From NCBI RefSeq assembly GCF_028368995.1, contig NZ_JAQNDL010000005.1:96001-160000 (forward strand): a stretch of 64,000 bases of DNA, in the 5' to 3' direction. Below the pieces are notes generated by a model. The model made no database searches and had not been told where the DNA came from. It saw only the letters and a list, made by a program, of their open reading frames with translations. The DNA is from Nannocystis bainbridge. GTDB taxonomy: Bacteria; Myxococcota_A; Polyangia; Nannocystales; Nannocystaceae. The position numbers and the translations under genes were made by a program. How positions within the stretch are numbered: the first letter of the stretch is position 1; each line of letters begins with the position of its first letter. This document shows, one piece after another, positions 29,258 to 38,190 of this stretch.

Positions 29258-31180
29258 ATGGAACGCCTCCGCGCCCCCGAGCTGGAACCCGCCCGTGCCT
29301 GGCTCGGCACCACCCGCCCGCTGCGGCTCCGCGAGCTCCGCGGCCACGTCGTCGTGCTCGATTTCTGGACGTCGTGCTGCGTGAACTGCATGCACGTGCT
29401 GCCGATCTTGCGGGACCTCGAGCGCCGCCACGCGGGCCGGCCGGTCGTCGTGATCGGCGTGCACTCGGCCAAGTTCCCCGGCGAGGCCGCGCCCGAGCGG
29501 GTCGCCGACGCGATCGCGCGCCACGACGTGCACCACCCGGTGGTCGTCGACGACGGCCTGGCGATCTGGGAGCGCTACGCGATCCGCTCGTGGCCGACCC
29601 TCGTGGTCATCCGGCCCGACGGCACCATCGCCGCGGTCGCGCCCGGCGAGCCCGATCCCGCCGCCCTCGACACCCTCGTGCGCGGGCTCCTGGCCGAGGC
29701 CGAGGCCCACGGCACCCTCGCCGCCGCGCCGCTGACGATCCCGCGCGGCGACCCGCCACCTCCGCGTCCGCTGGCCTTCCCGGGCAAGCTCGCGGTCGCC
29801 GACGACGGCCGGATCGCCGTCGCCGACTCCGGGCATCACCGCGTCCTCGTGCTCGCGCCCGACGGCGAGGTCCTCGTCACCATCGGCTCCGGCCGTCGCG
29901 GCCAGCAGGACGGCCCGTTCGCCGAAGTCCGCCTCGACGACCCGCAGGGCCTCGCCTGGGCCGAAGACGGCGCGCTGTGGATCTGCGACGCCCGGGCCCA
30001 CACCGTCGCCCGCGCCGATCTCTCGGCTGGCCGTTTGCACACGGTCGCCGGGACAGGTTCCATGGGACATGTCCCGATCGCCAGCCCCGCGCCGGCCCGC
30101 GCCACCGCCCTGCGCTCGCCGTGGGACGTCGCGCTCGTCGGCGAGCGGGCGCTCGTGTGCCTGGCCGGCTCGCACCAGCTCGCCGCGCTCACCCCGTCCG
30201 CCGATGGCGGCTGGACCGTCGCCATGCTGGCCGGCGACGGCCGCGAGGCCCTTGTCGACGGGGCGCCGCGCGAGGCCTGCTTCGCCCAGCCGTCCGGCTT
30301 CGCCCGCGCCGGCGACCGGCTGTGGATCGCCGACAGCGAGACCTCGGCGATCCGCGAGCTCGACCTGTCGACCGGCGACACGCGCACCCTCGTCGGCCAG
30401 GGCCTGTTCGACTGGGGCGCCGAGGACGGCCCGTTCGCCGCCGCCAGCCTGCAGCACCCGCTCGCCGTCGCCGTCACCACGAACGGCGACCTCGTGGTGG
30501 CCGACACCTTCAACGATCGCCTGCGCCGGCTCGACCGCCGCGCCGGCCAGGTCACGACCCTGTCTCTCGGGACAGGTGATGAGTCCCTGCGCGAACCCGG
30601 CGGCCTCGCCGTGCTGGCCGACGGCGACCTGCTCGTCGCCGACACCGGCCACCACCGCCTGGTCCGCCTCGCCAGCGACGGCCGCTTCAAGGCCGAGCTC
30701 GCGGTCCGCGGCGCCCCGCCGATGCCGACCCCCGCCGACGAGCCGCCCCCCTCGCTCGCCGCCGCCCCGGCCTCGCGGTGGTTCGACCTCGTGCTCGCCC
30801 AGGCGCCGAACCTGGCCCCCGGGCGCGCGCGCGGCCAGCTGCGCCTGCTCGCCCCGGAGGGCTGGAAGTTCAACGACGGCGCCCCGCAGCGGCTCGCGCT
30901 CGAGGTCTCGCGCCGCTCCGATCTGGTGACAACCACCGACCGCATCTCGCTTCCGGGACAGGGCCGATCCGACATGTCCTTCGAGATCGACCTCGAGGTC
31001 GCCGAACTCCCGACATCGGAGGTCCGCAGCGAGCTCCTCGTGCGCGTCGACGCCGTGCTGTGCGGCGGCGACCCGGAGGTGTGCGCGCCCTCGCAGGCGT
31101 GGCTGCGGATCCCGCTGCTGCTCACGCAGGCCGGCGATTCGGCGTTCACCGTCGATCTGACCCTGGCGACGCCCGTCTGA
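29258..31180 (+). CDS. Thioredoxin-like plus NHL-repeat protein (NHLRC2/SOQ1-like)
   Basis: LDFWTSCCVNC, GVHSAKF, FPGK, several NHL repeats (IADSETSAIR, LQHPLAV) and a C-terminal beta domain. Confidence 0.9.
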   Translation: MERLRAPELEPARAWLGTTRPLRLRELRGHVVVLDFWTSCCVNCMHVLPILRDLERRHAGRPVVVIGVHSAKFPGEAAPERVADAIARHDVHHPVVVDDGLAIWERYAIRSWPTLVVIRPDGTIAAVAPGEPDPAALDTLVRGLLAEAEAHGTLAAAPLTIPRGDPPPPRPLAFPGKLAVADDGRIAVADSGHHRVLVLAPDGEVLVTIGSGRRGQQDGPFAEVRLDDPQGLAWAEDGALWICDARAHTVARADLSAGRLHTVAGTGSMGHVPIASPAPARATALRSPWDVALVGERALVCLAGSHQLAALTPSADGGWTVAMLAGDGREALVDGAPREACFAQPSGFARAGDRLWIADSETSAIRELDLSTGDTRTLVGQGLFDWGAEDGPFAAASLQHPLAVAVTTNGDLVVADTFNDRLRRLDRRAGQVTTLSLGTGDESLREPGGLAVLADGDLLVADTGHHRLVRLASDGRFKAELAVRGAPPMPTPADEPPPSLAAAPASRWFDLVLAQAPNLAPGRARGQLRLLAPEGWKFNDGAPQRLALEVSRRSDLVTTTDRISLPGQGRSDMSFEIDLEVAELPTSEVRSELLVRVDAVLCGGDPEVCAPSQAWLRIPLLLTQAGDSAFTVDLTLATPV

Positions 31181-31251
31181 GCGATCTCGCATCCCCCGCA
31201 CGGCGCGTCGCCCGGTGCGCCGGCCGGATCGCGGTGCTATGGCTTTGCGGG

Positions 31252-32691
31252 ATGTCCCGCCGCCTGCTGCTCCTGGCCCTCACGAGCGCCGCCTGCTTCT
31301 CCGACGATCCCCCGCAGCTCACCGCGACCGTCACGGGCGACGACAGCAGCACCACCAGCACCGGCGCGCCCGTCACCACCGAAGTCGCGCCGACGACCAC
31401 GACCACCGGCGACGACACGACCTCGACTTCGGCCACCGGCACCACCGAGCCGGCCACGCCGACGACGTCGAGCACCACCGGCGAGACGGACACCACCAGC
31501 GACACCGACACCACCGGCGGCCCCGTGGTCGACCCGTGCAAGTTCGAGACCCCCGTCTGCCCCGCCGGCCCGAGCGGCACCCAGGGCAGCGGCCAGGAGC
31601 CGCTCGACCGCTGCAACTTCCCGCTCACCCGCGCGCCCGAGTGGGACAACCTCGGCCCGCTCGCCGACGCCCTCGCCGAGGCGTTGCCGACCTGGACGAT
31701 GGTCGACATCCTGGCCGACCTCAACAACACCGCCCTGTCCGCGGACGCGGTCCCGGGCGACGTCGAGGCGCTCGAGCTGGCGTTCCGCTGGGACAACGAA
31801 GACTTCAACAAGTACTGGTGGATCCCGCAAGGCCTCACGGGCAGCGCCGACGCCCGCGACGACGGCCGACTCGACGGCCGCGAGGTCGCGCTGATCGGCT
31901 GGTGGTTCGACAAGGAGCTCGCCAACGTCTCGTTCGAAAAGGGCGTGCGCGTGACCCTGGTCGACGTCACCGACGCTTCCGAATTGCGCCTGCGCCACAT
32001 CCTCCTCGTCGAGCCCGTGCCCGGCGATCCGGTCGACTTCAAGCCGGTCCCGGTGCGCGCCGGCGGCATCGCCTGGTACGGCGACACCCTCTACCTCGCC
32101 GACCCGACCCAGGGCCTGCGCGTGTTCGACCTGTCGCGCCTGCTCGAGGTCAACGCCAACGTCGACAAGGTCGGCTACGACCCCAAGGTCGCCGACTACT
32201 ACGGCGGCCTCTACTCGTACGTCGCGGTGCAGATCGGCGCCTACAAGCACGCCTCCGCCTGCGCCCCGCGCTTCTCCACCCTCGCGCTCGACCGCAGCAC
32301 CAGCCCGCCGGAGCTGGTCGTCGGCGAGTACTGCGACGGCCTCGCTACCTGCGCCAGCGCCATCGGCGGCCGCGTCTTCACCTGGCCGCTCGACCCGGTC
32401 AGCGGCCGCCTGCCGTTCGACATCACCTGGGCCAACTCGGCCGCCTACACCGGCGAGACCCAGATCCAGGGCGTCACCCGCAGCGACGGCGCGCTCTACC
32501 TGACGAGCAGCGCCCCGCCCGGCGATCCCGGCGCGCTGCACGTGGTCCCCCCCGTCGGCCCCGCCACGGTCCACGGCTGGATCGACACGCCCAGGGCCGT
32601 GATGCTCGACGGCGACCGGATCTGGGGCATGTCCGAAAAGTCAGGTGCGAGGTTCGTGTTCGCCGCCGCCCGCTCGGCCTACGAGCAATGA
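31252..32691 (+). CDS. Hypothetical secreted lipoprotein with a Thr-rich stalk (possible beta-propeller)
   Basis: Lipobox SAAC, Thr stalk, WIPQGLTGSADA and AGGIAWYG. Confidence 0.75.
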   Translation: MSRRLLLLALTSAACFSDDPPQLTATVTGDDSSTTSTGAPVTTEVAPTTTTTGDDTTSTSATGTTEPATPTTSSTTGETDTTSDTDTTGGPVVDPCKFETPVCPAGPSGTQGSGQEPLDRCNFPLTRAPEWDNLGPLADALAEALPTWTMVDILADLNNTALSADAVPGDVEALELAFRWDNEDFNKYWWIPQGLTGSADARDDGRLDGREVALIGWWFDKELANVSFEKGVRVTLVDVTDASELRLRHILLVEPVPGDPVDFKPVPVRAGGIAWYGDTLYLADPTQGLRVFDLSRLLEVNANVDKVGYDPKVADYYGGLYSYVAVQIGAYKHASACAPRFSTLALDRSTSPPELVVGEYCDGLATCASAIGGRVFTWPLDPVSGRLPFDITWANSAAYTGETQIQGVTRSDGALYLTSSAPPGDPGALHVVPPVGPATVHGWIDTPRAVMLDGDRIWGMSEKSGARFVFAAARSAYEQ

Positions 32692-32922
32692 CATGTGCCC
32701 GCGGACAGGAGCATGTCCCATCCGCCATGTTCGCATGGACATGTCCTCTCGGACATGTCACGCCAAGGTGAACCCGACCGCAATTCCACGGCCGAGTCAC
32801 TCCAGAGCCTCGTGACGCGTGAGCCCGACCGCCTTCGCACGCCCACGGGATGTCTTTCGGGACATGTTCGGTCGCGACCTCGGCATTCGAGCGCGATGTC
32901 TTTCGGGACATGTTCGGTCGCG
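32688..32922. repeat. 14-bp-pitch motif array plus a 28-bp direct repeat
   Basis: Cores at 32692/32706 and 32712/32726/32740/32754. GATGTCTTTCGGGACATGTTCGGTCGCG is identical at 32849-32876 and 32895-32922. Confidence 0.85.
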
Positions 32923-33126
32923 GCTTTGGCGTTCGGGCGCGACGCTCGCCGAGTCCGCGATTCGGCCGCGCGTCGCTGTCGGCGCGCGCCCCCGAAAAAT
33001 TGCGACATGTGACAGCCCCGTCGCGGCTTCGCCCTCCGCGCGCCAAATTGTCGCTGAACGGCCCTCGCCTGGCCCCTAAAACCGCGAAAACCCGCTGGCA
33101 CGTCTGCTGCAACCGAGGCCCCCCAG

Positions 33127-33576
33127 GTGTCCCCGGTGTCTCAGCGCCTCGTCCGCCCCCTCCTCGATGGCCTCAGCCTGCTCGTGTTCCTGTTCGCCGT
33201 GACGTGCGCCGTGCGCCACATGCTCGGCCCCGGATGCAGCGGCGGCGCCTGCCTCGACAGCGCGCGCGACGAGCTGCAGCACTCGGCCGCGCTGCTGCGG
33301 CAACAGGCCCACCTCGACCTCGACGGCCTGCAGGCCAGCCTGGCCCACCCCGACGCGCTCACCGACCTGCGCGTGCCTGGCCGCCGCGGCCGCCTCGAGC
33401 CGCTCGACCCCTGGCAGCGCCCCCTCGTGCTCCGCCCGCTCGACGGCGAGTGGCTGCTGGAGCTGCGCTCGCGCGGTCAGGACGGCCGCCTCGACACCGA
33501 CGACGACCTCTATTTCCGCATGACCCCCGCCGGCCAGGCGGAATTCGACCCCGGGACCGCGCAGCACCTGCCCTGA
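33127..33576 (+). CDS. GspG-C-terminal-like (pseudopilin-like) small membrane protein
   Basis: N-terminal TM segment, and DPWQRP...LRSRGQDGRLDTDDD resembling the T2SS G C-terminal motif. Confidence 0.6.
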   Translation: MSPVSQRLVRPLLDGLSLLVFLFAVTCAVRHMLGPGCSGGACLDSARDELQHSAALLRQQAHLDLDGLQASLAHPDALTDLRVPGRRGRLEPLDPWQRPLVLRPLDGEWLLELRSRGQDGRLDTDDDLYFRMTPAGQAEFDPGTAQHLP

Positions 33577-33613
33577 AGGCCAGGTCATGGATCCGGCGGC
33601 CTCGACCGCCCGA

Positions 33614-34627
33614 TCAGCCCGAACGCCCGGGCGCCCCGTCGCCGCGCCGCAGCGCCGCCGCGATCGCCTGCGGGTCGAGGCGAAAGATCAGGTCCGTCTC
33701 CACGTACGGGCTGATCGCGCAGCCATCTCCGCCGCGCGGGTGCGGCATCTCGAAGAACGCGCGGGCGAACCCGACCTCGCGGCCGTTGAGGTAGCTACCT
33801 GTCCCCGAGGTCAGGTGGCACGGCACCACCCATCCCTCGGGCATCACCGTGGCGAAGTAGCGCCCCGCGTGACAGGCGGCGCAGTCGTGGAAGCGCGGGG
33901 CCCGGCGCAACCTGCTCAAAAAGCCAGGTGATGCCCCGAGCGGCAGCCCGCGCGCGCGCAGGCGCTCGAGCCGGTCGGCCACCTCGGCCAGCACCGCCGG
34001 CGTCAGGGCCGGGTGCAGCCCCGCCGCGGCGTCGAAGCACTCCTCGTGGGCCGGCTGGAAATACGCCCACACCCCGAGCGACCCGGCCAGCTCCGCGATC
34101 TCCTCGATCCGCCCGACGTTCCACGGCCCCACCACCGTGATCGTCGCCACCGACATGCCGAGCCCGCGCGCCTGCTCGATCGCCGCGATCACCCGCGCGT
34201 ACGAGCCCGGCCGCCGGCGCACCAGGTCGTGCACCGGCTCGGGCCCGTCGAGCGACAGCACCACCATGTCGAGGATGCCCGACATGTCCTTCAGGACATT
34301 GCCCGTGCGCCAGCCGTTGGTGTTCATCGAAGTGAAGCACCCGACCCGCTTGGCGTGGCCGATGATCCGCGGCGCGTCGCGGCGCAGCAGGACCTCGCCG
34401 CCGGAGAAGCTGGCCCGCGCCATGCCGGCCGCCCGCAGTTGATCGATGGCGCCGCAGAACTCGGCGTCGGTCATCTCGTAAGCAGCGCGCTCGGGGATCT
34501 CGCAGTACTCGCAACGAAAGTTGCAACGATGGGTGAGGATGAAGGTGACGCTGAACGGCAGCGCCCGCCCGACCACCCGCGCCGCCCCCAGCCGCACCAG
34601 GTCGCGCGCCTTGGCCAGCGCCGTCAC
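33614..34627 (-). CDS. Radical SAM protein with a SPASM/twitch-like C-terminus
   Basis: Motifs CNFRCEYC, FSGGE, SLDG..HD..R and CHAG...G.VVPC. Confidence 0.9.
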   Translation of the reverse strand: MTALAKARDLVRLGAARVVGRALPFSVTFILTHRCNFRCEYCEIPERAAYEMTDAEFCGAIDQLRAAGMARASFSGGEVLLRRDAPRIIGHAKRVGCFTSMNTNGWRTGNVLKDMSGILDMVVLSLDGPEPVHDLVRRRPGSYARVIAAIEQARGLGMSVATITVVGPWNVGRIEEIAELAGSLGVWAYFQPAHEECFDAAAGLHPALTPAVLAEVADRLERLRARGLPLGASPGFLSRLRRAPRFHDCAACHAGRYFATVMPEGWVVPCHLTSGTGSYLNGREVGFARAFFEMPHPRGGDGCAISPYVETDLIFRLDPQAIAAALRRGDGAPGRSG

Positions 34628-34689
34628 GCCGCGCCTCCCTGCATCCGCGTCCGCGTCTGCCCCGGCCGCATAAGGTCGCGCCCCGTCAC
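34624..34689 (-). CDS. Putative translationally coupled mini-ORF, 21 aa (MTGRDLMRPGQTRTRMQGGAA)
   Basis: The GTG overlaps the upstream TGA, its own TGA overlaps the radical SAM GTG, and a GGAGG RBS precedes it. Confidence 0.4.
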   Translation of the reverse strand: MTGRDLMRPGQTRTRMQGGAA

Positions 34690-34760
34690 GCCGCCCCTCC
34701 CGACTGCACCGCCCCGCGTCGCAGCCGCTTACGCGCCCGCTCCAGGTCGCGCCCCGTCAT
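34686..34760 (-). CDS. Putative translationally coupled mini-ORF, 24 aa (MTGRDLERARKRLRRGAVQSGGAA)
   Basis: ATGA and GTGA overlaps at the two ends; GGAGG RBS. Confidence 0.4.
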   Translation of the reverse strand: MTGRDLERARKRLRRGAVQSGGAA

Positions 34761-34840
34761 GCCGCCCCTCCCGACTGCACCGCCCCGCGTCGCAGCCGCT
34801 TAGGCGCCCGCTCCGGCCGCGCCAGGTCGTGCACCGTCAC
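34757..34840 (-). CDS. Putative translationally coupled mini-ORF, 27 aa (MTVHDLARPERAPKRLRRGAVQSGGAA)
   Basis: The GTG overlaps the UbiA stop; GGAGG RBS. Confidence 0.4.
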   Translation of the reverse strand: MTVHDLARPERAPKRLRRGAVQSGGAA

Positions 34841-35745
34841 GCCGCCCCTCCCGGCGCCAGCGCGTAGATCACGGCCCCCGTCGCCAGCGCCAGCGCCCGG
34901 TGCCGCCGCCGCGCCGCCGCCGGATCGACCTGTCCGATCAGCCATGCCCCGAAGACCAGGCCCGCCGCCCCGCACAGGGCCGCCCACGGGCCCAGCAGCA
35001 ACGCCGCGGCCGCCGAACCCGCCAGCGCCAGCCAGCGCCCGGCCGCAGCCACGCCCGCGGGGCCCAGCCACTGCGCCGTCGTGAACACGCGCGCGCGCCG
35101 GTCCTCGGCCTCGTCGGCGCGCTCGTGGACCAGCTGGTTCTGCAGCAGCAGCGCCGTGAACACCAGCGACATGCCCCAAAAGCCAGGTGACCGCGGGGTC
35201 CCGACCAGCCCCAGCAGCGGCGCGAAGATGGCGACGTTGGCCAGCGTGCCGAGCCCCGGCAGCCGCTTGAGCCGCGGCCCGAGGCTGTACAGCGCCCCGG
35301 TCGTCAGGCTCACCGCCGCCGGCCCCAGCCCGCCGCTCTGCCCCGCGACCACCAGCGCCAGCAGCCCGCACGCCAGCGCCGGCACCACCGCCGCGCCGCC
35401 GACCTGCGCGCCGACCAGCGGGTTCTTGCCGCGCCCGTCGCTGCCGCGGTCGCCGTAGGCGTTGAGCCCGTAGGCGCTGGCCAGACACAGCGCGCCGGCG
35501 ACGCAGGCCCAAAGGACAGGTCCCATCGAACATGTCCCCGAGAACATGTCCTGAAGCGGCGCCCCGGCCAGCGGCAGCGGCACGAAGTGGGCCCACTGGC
35601 GCGCCCGCAGGGCCCGCAGCCCGAGCCTCACCCCGGCCCACGCAGGCGGCCTCGCATGGCCGGCGCGGCCGTCCCGGAGGCGCTCGGAGGTGGTCACGCC
35701 CGTCGACGATACCCCGCGAGCTCCCCAGGGTCCACGCCGCGTCAC
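34837..35745 (-). CDS. UbiA-family prenyltransferase (DPPR-synthase-like)
   Basis: LRARQW, YGLNAYGDRGSD, KNPL, LYS..PRLKR and multiple TM segments. The start is uncertain (GTG at 35745 or 35631). Confidence 0.7.
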   Translation of the reverse strand: MTRRGPWGARGVSSTGVTTSERLRDGRAGHARPPAWAGVRLGLRALRARQWAHFVPLPLAGAPLQDMFSGTCSMGPVLWACVAGALCLASAYGLNAYGDRGSDGRGKNPLVGAQVGGAAVVPALACGLLALVVAGQSGGLGPAAVSLTTGALYSLGPRLKRLPGLGTLANVAIFAPLLGLVGTPRSPGFWGMSLVFTALLLQNQLVHERADEAEDRRARVFTTAQWLGPAGVAAAGRWLALAGSAAAALLLGPWAALCGAAGLVFGAWLIGQVDPAAARRRHRALALATGAVIYALAPGGAA

Positions 35746-35749
35746 CGCG

Positions 35750-36841
35750 TCACCCCGACCGCGGACGGCGCGGCAAGTCACGCGATCGACCTCGTCGCCG
35801 CCGCCACCCGATCCCGAGCCCCAACAGCGCCAGCGAGCCCCACGCGGGCCCGTCCTCGCCGATCCGGCAGCCCTTCTCATCCCCGGCCGGCGTCTCGCCG
35901 AACGGCGTGCCGTCCTCGTGCACCGGCGGCGTCAGGCACCCCCACAGCTCGACCTCCTCCGCCGTCACTTCCTCGATGCGCACCCGCGGCTCGCCGACCT
36001 CGTCGCGCCCGAAGCAGCGCGGCGGGCTCGCCACGGATGTCCCATCGACCAGGTCGGTCGCTCCGACGGTCACGCAGTATTCCGCCTGCGCCGCCGCGAA
36101 CGGCACCAGCCATTCCCCATGATGGCGGCCGAACATCTGCGACCGCGCGCCCGCGATCGGCTGCCCCTCCGCGTCGAGGGCCTGGGCCCACACCACGCTG
36201 TTGCCGGCCCGGGCCTCCGGCAGCGCCTCGAGCCCGATCGCCAGCGCCGGCAGCAGCTCGGTCTCGGCCGCCTTGCAGATCGACATCCCGCCGCAGCTGT
36301 CCGGCTCGCGCTCGCAGCAGACATGGTCGCGGCGAGCGCCCTGCGCCTCCGCGGCCGCGAACGACGCGATCGTCGGCGTCGCCAGCGGCGCCAGCGGCTC
36401 GGCCTCGACGACCACCGGGAACGTCACCTCCTGCGTCCCCGACTCGACCGATTCGACGATCGCGGTCGCCTGGTACTGCCCCGCCACCAGCGGCTCGGCC
36501 GGCCGCGCCACCACGACCACCGTCCACAGCGGCGCGCCGAGGTACACCTCTGCCTGCAGCGGCACCAGCTCGATCGTCGTGGCGATCGCCAGCCCGTCGC
36601 GCTCCAGCGTCACGCTCGCCGACGCCGCCGCGTCCGTCAGCTCCGTGGCGAACACGCTGCCGTACAGCGCGACGACCCCGCCCGGCGCCGTGACGAGCCG
36701 CTCGGGCGGGTTCGACAGCTCCCACACCTCGAGCCCGAGGCCCGGCGAACTCGTCGAGCAGGCGTCGGCCCGGCCCGGCGCCAGCGCCATCACGAGTCCC
36801 AAGAGACATGTCCCTAAAAACCTGTCCTGAAGTCTCATCAC
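35750..36841 (-). CDS. Secreted protein with a MYXO-CTERM sorting signal
   Basis: Signal peptide and C-terminal KGCRIG...LALLGLGIGWRRRR. Confidence 0.75.
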   Translation of the reverse strand: MMRLQDRFLGTCLLGLVMALAPGRADACSTSSPGLGLEVWELSNPPERLVTAPGGVVALYGSVFATELTDAAASASVTLERDGLAIATTIELVPLQAEVYLGAPLWTVVVVARPAEPLVAGQYQATAIVESVESGTQEVTFPVVVEAEPLAPLATPTIASFAAAEAQGARRDHVCCEREPDSCGGMSICKAAETELLPALAIGLEALPEARAGNSVVWAQALDAEGQPIAGARSQMFGRHHGEWLVPFAAAQAEYCVTVGATDLVDGTSVASPPRCFGRDEVGEPRVRIEEVTAEEVELWGCLTPPVHEDGTPFGETPAGDEKGCRIGEDGPAWGSLALLGLGIGWRRRRGRSRDLPRRPRSG

Positions 36842-38082
36842 GCCCGCCTCCGCCGCCGTCGTCCGGCGAGTAACAGCCCGATCAGCGCCGGCGCGCCGCC
36901 CGACGTCACCGCGCAGCCCGCCTCGCTGTCCTCGACCTCGACCGCGGTCACCGTCGCCTGTAGCGACCAGTCGACCCTGTCGCGCCGGAACGCCAGCGCC
37001 TCACTGAAGCGGTCGGGCGCCCCGGCCAGCTCCCCCGCCCACAACCAGCCGTCGGTCAACGCCAGCGACACGCCGAAGTAGTCCGGCGACTCGTGTCCGA
37101 CCTGCCCCGCGACCTTCCACGTCCCTCCCTCGCGGTGAAGGAAGCGGACGCGCGCCGGATCGCTGTCGTCGTCGGGGTCCTGGTGGAGCGAGATCGCGAT
37201 CGCCGCCCACTCACCGAACAGGGCGTGTGCGCGCCAGTAGCTGGCGTCGGTGAACGCCTCGATCGTCTGCGGCGCCGACCACCCGTCGGCCGTCCGCGAA
37301 TAAAGCCGCATCAACCCCTGCGGCGGCTCGATCGCCAGCAGCGTCGCGCCGTCGAACGCGTAGGCGTCGAGCTGCCCGTACTCGGGGACCGCGTAGGGCA
37401 GCACGCCCTCGAGCTGCCACGCCGTCCCCGCGCGCACCCACGTCTCGAACCCGTCCGGCGTCGGCGCCACCAGCACGCCGCGCGCCATCTGGAACGTCTC
37501 GCCGAATTGCCGCCGCGAGCCTGGCGCCCCGGCCAGGACCTGGCGGGCGACGATACCGGCGTCTGTCTTCTGGAACATGTGGATCTCGCCCGGATCCACC
37601 GCTCCGCCGCGCATCACGTACGGCGTGCCGACGGCGACCCATCCGTCGTCGACGGCGACCCGCGAGAAGTCGTAATCCTCGGCGCCCTCCGGCGGCCTCA
37701 GCTCCGCCAGCTCGGTCCACCCGGCCGCGCTGCGGCCGAACACCCACGCCTGCTCCGCGCCGTCCGAGTCGGCCCTGGCGACCGCCAGCAGGTCGCCCGC
37801 GAGCGCGACGCGGGTCCCGAACTCGGCCCTGAACTGCGGCGCGCGCGGCGTCACCCGCTGTTCGAAGCGCCATGTCCCTTCGACCAGGTGGTAGATGTCG
37901 ACCGCGCCGCCGTCGAATCGCGCGGCGTTGCTGAGCGGCGCGGCGATCGCCACCCGCTCGCCGTCGGCCGCGAGCTCGAGCCCGAAGTCGTCGCCGAGCT
38001 CCCCGGCGCGCGCGACCGCGGGCGCGACGAGCAGCGCGGCGACGACGAGACACCCCGATCGATACGAGCGCATCGTCGCCAC
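36838..38082 (-). CDS. FG-GAP-repeat protein with MYXO-CTERM
   Basis: Repeats FGLELA, FGTRVAL and FGVSLAL; C-terminal AGCAVT...LIGLLLAGRRRRRR. Confidence 0.8.
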   Translation of the reverse strand: MATMRSYRSGCLVVAALLVAPAVARAGELGDDFGLELAADGERVAIAAPLSNAARFDGGAVDIYHLVEGTWRFEQRVTPRAPQFRAEFGTRVALAGDLLAVARADSDGAEQAWVFGRSAAGWTELAELRPPEGAEDYDFSRVAVDDGWVAVGTPYVMRGGAVDPGEIHMFQKTDAGIVARQVLAGAPGSRRQFGETFQMARGVLVAPTPDGFETWVRAGTAWQLEGVLPYAVPEYGQLDAYAFDGATLLAIEPPQGLMRLYSRTADGWSAPQTIEAFTDASYWRAHALFGEWAAIAISLHQDPDDDSDPARVRFLHREGGTWKVAGQVGHESPDYFGVSLALTDGWLWAGELAGAPDRFSEALAFRRDRVDWSLQATVTAVEVEDSEAGCAVTSGGAPALIGLLLAGRRRRRRA

Positions 38083-38190
38083 AGTATCACGCGGGCCGCG
38101 GGCTTTCGCCGACGCGGCCGTGCCAGCGACGGCCCGTGCGAACGTCGTGCACCCGCCTCGCCGGCCCCGGCATGCCCCACCCCTGGCTCA

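Larger units (their letters stand above)
34673..34851. repeat. Imperfect tandem repeat (71-80 bp unit) of the UbiA / radical SAM gene junction
   Basis: AGGTCG-N-CCGTCA(C/T)GCCGCCCCTCCC units start at 34673, 34744 and 34824. Confidence 0.85.

Noticed and set aside
32849-32922. Two identical 28-bp repeats as a possible mini-CRISPR
   Set aside because: There are only two copies, the spacer is 18 nt, no cas genes are nearby, and the repeat is built from the 14-bp motif.
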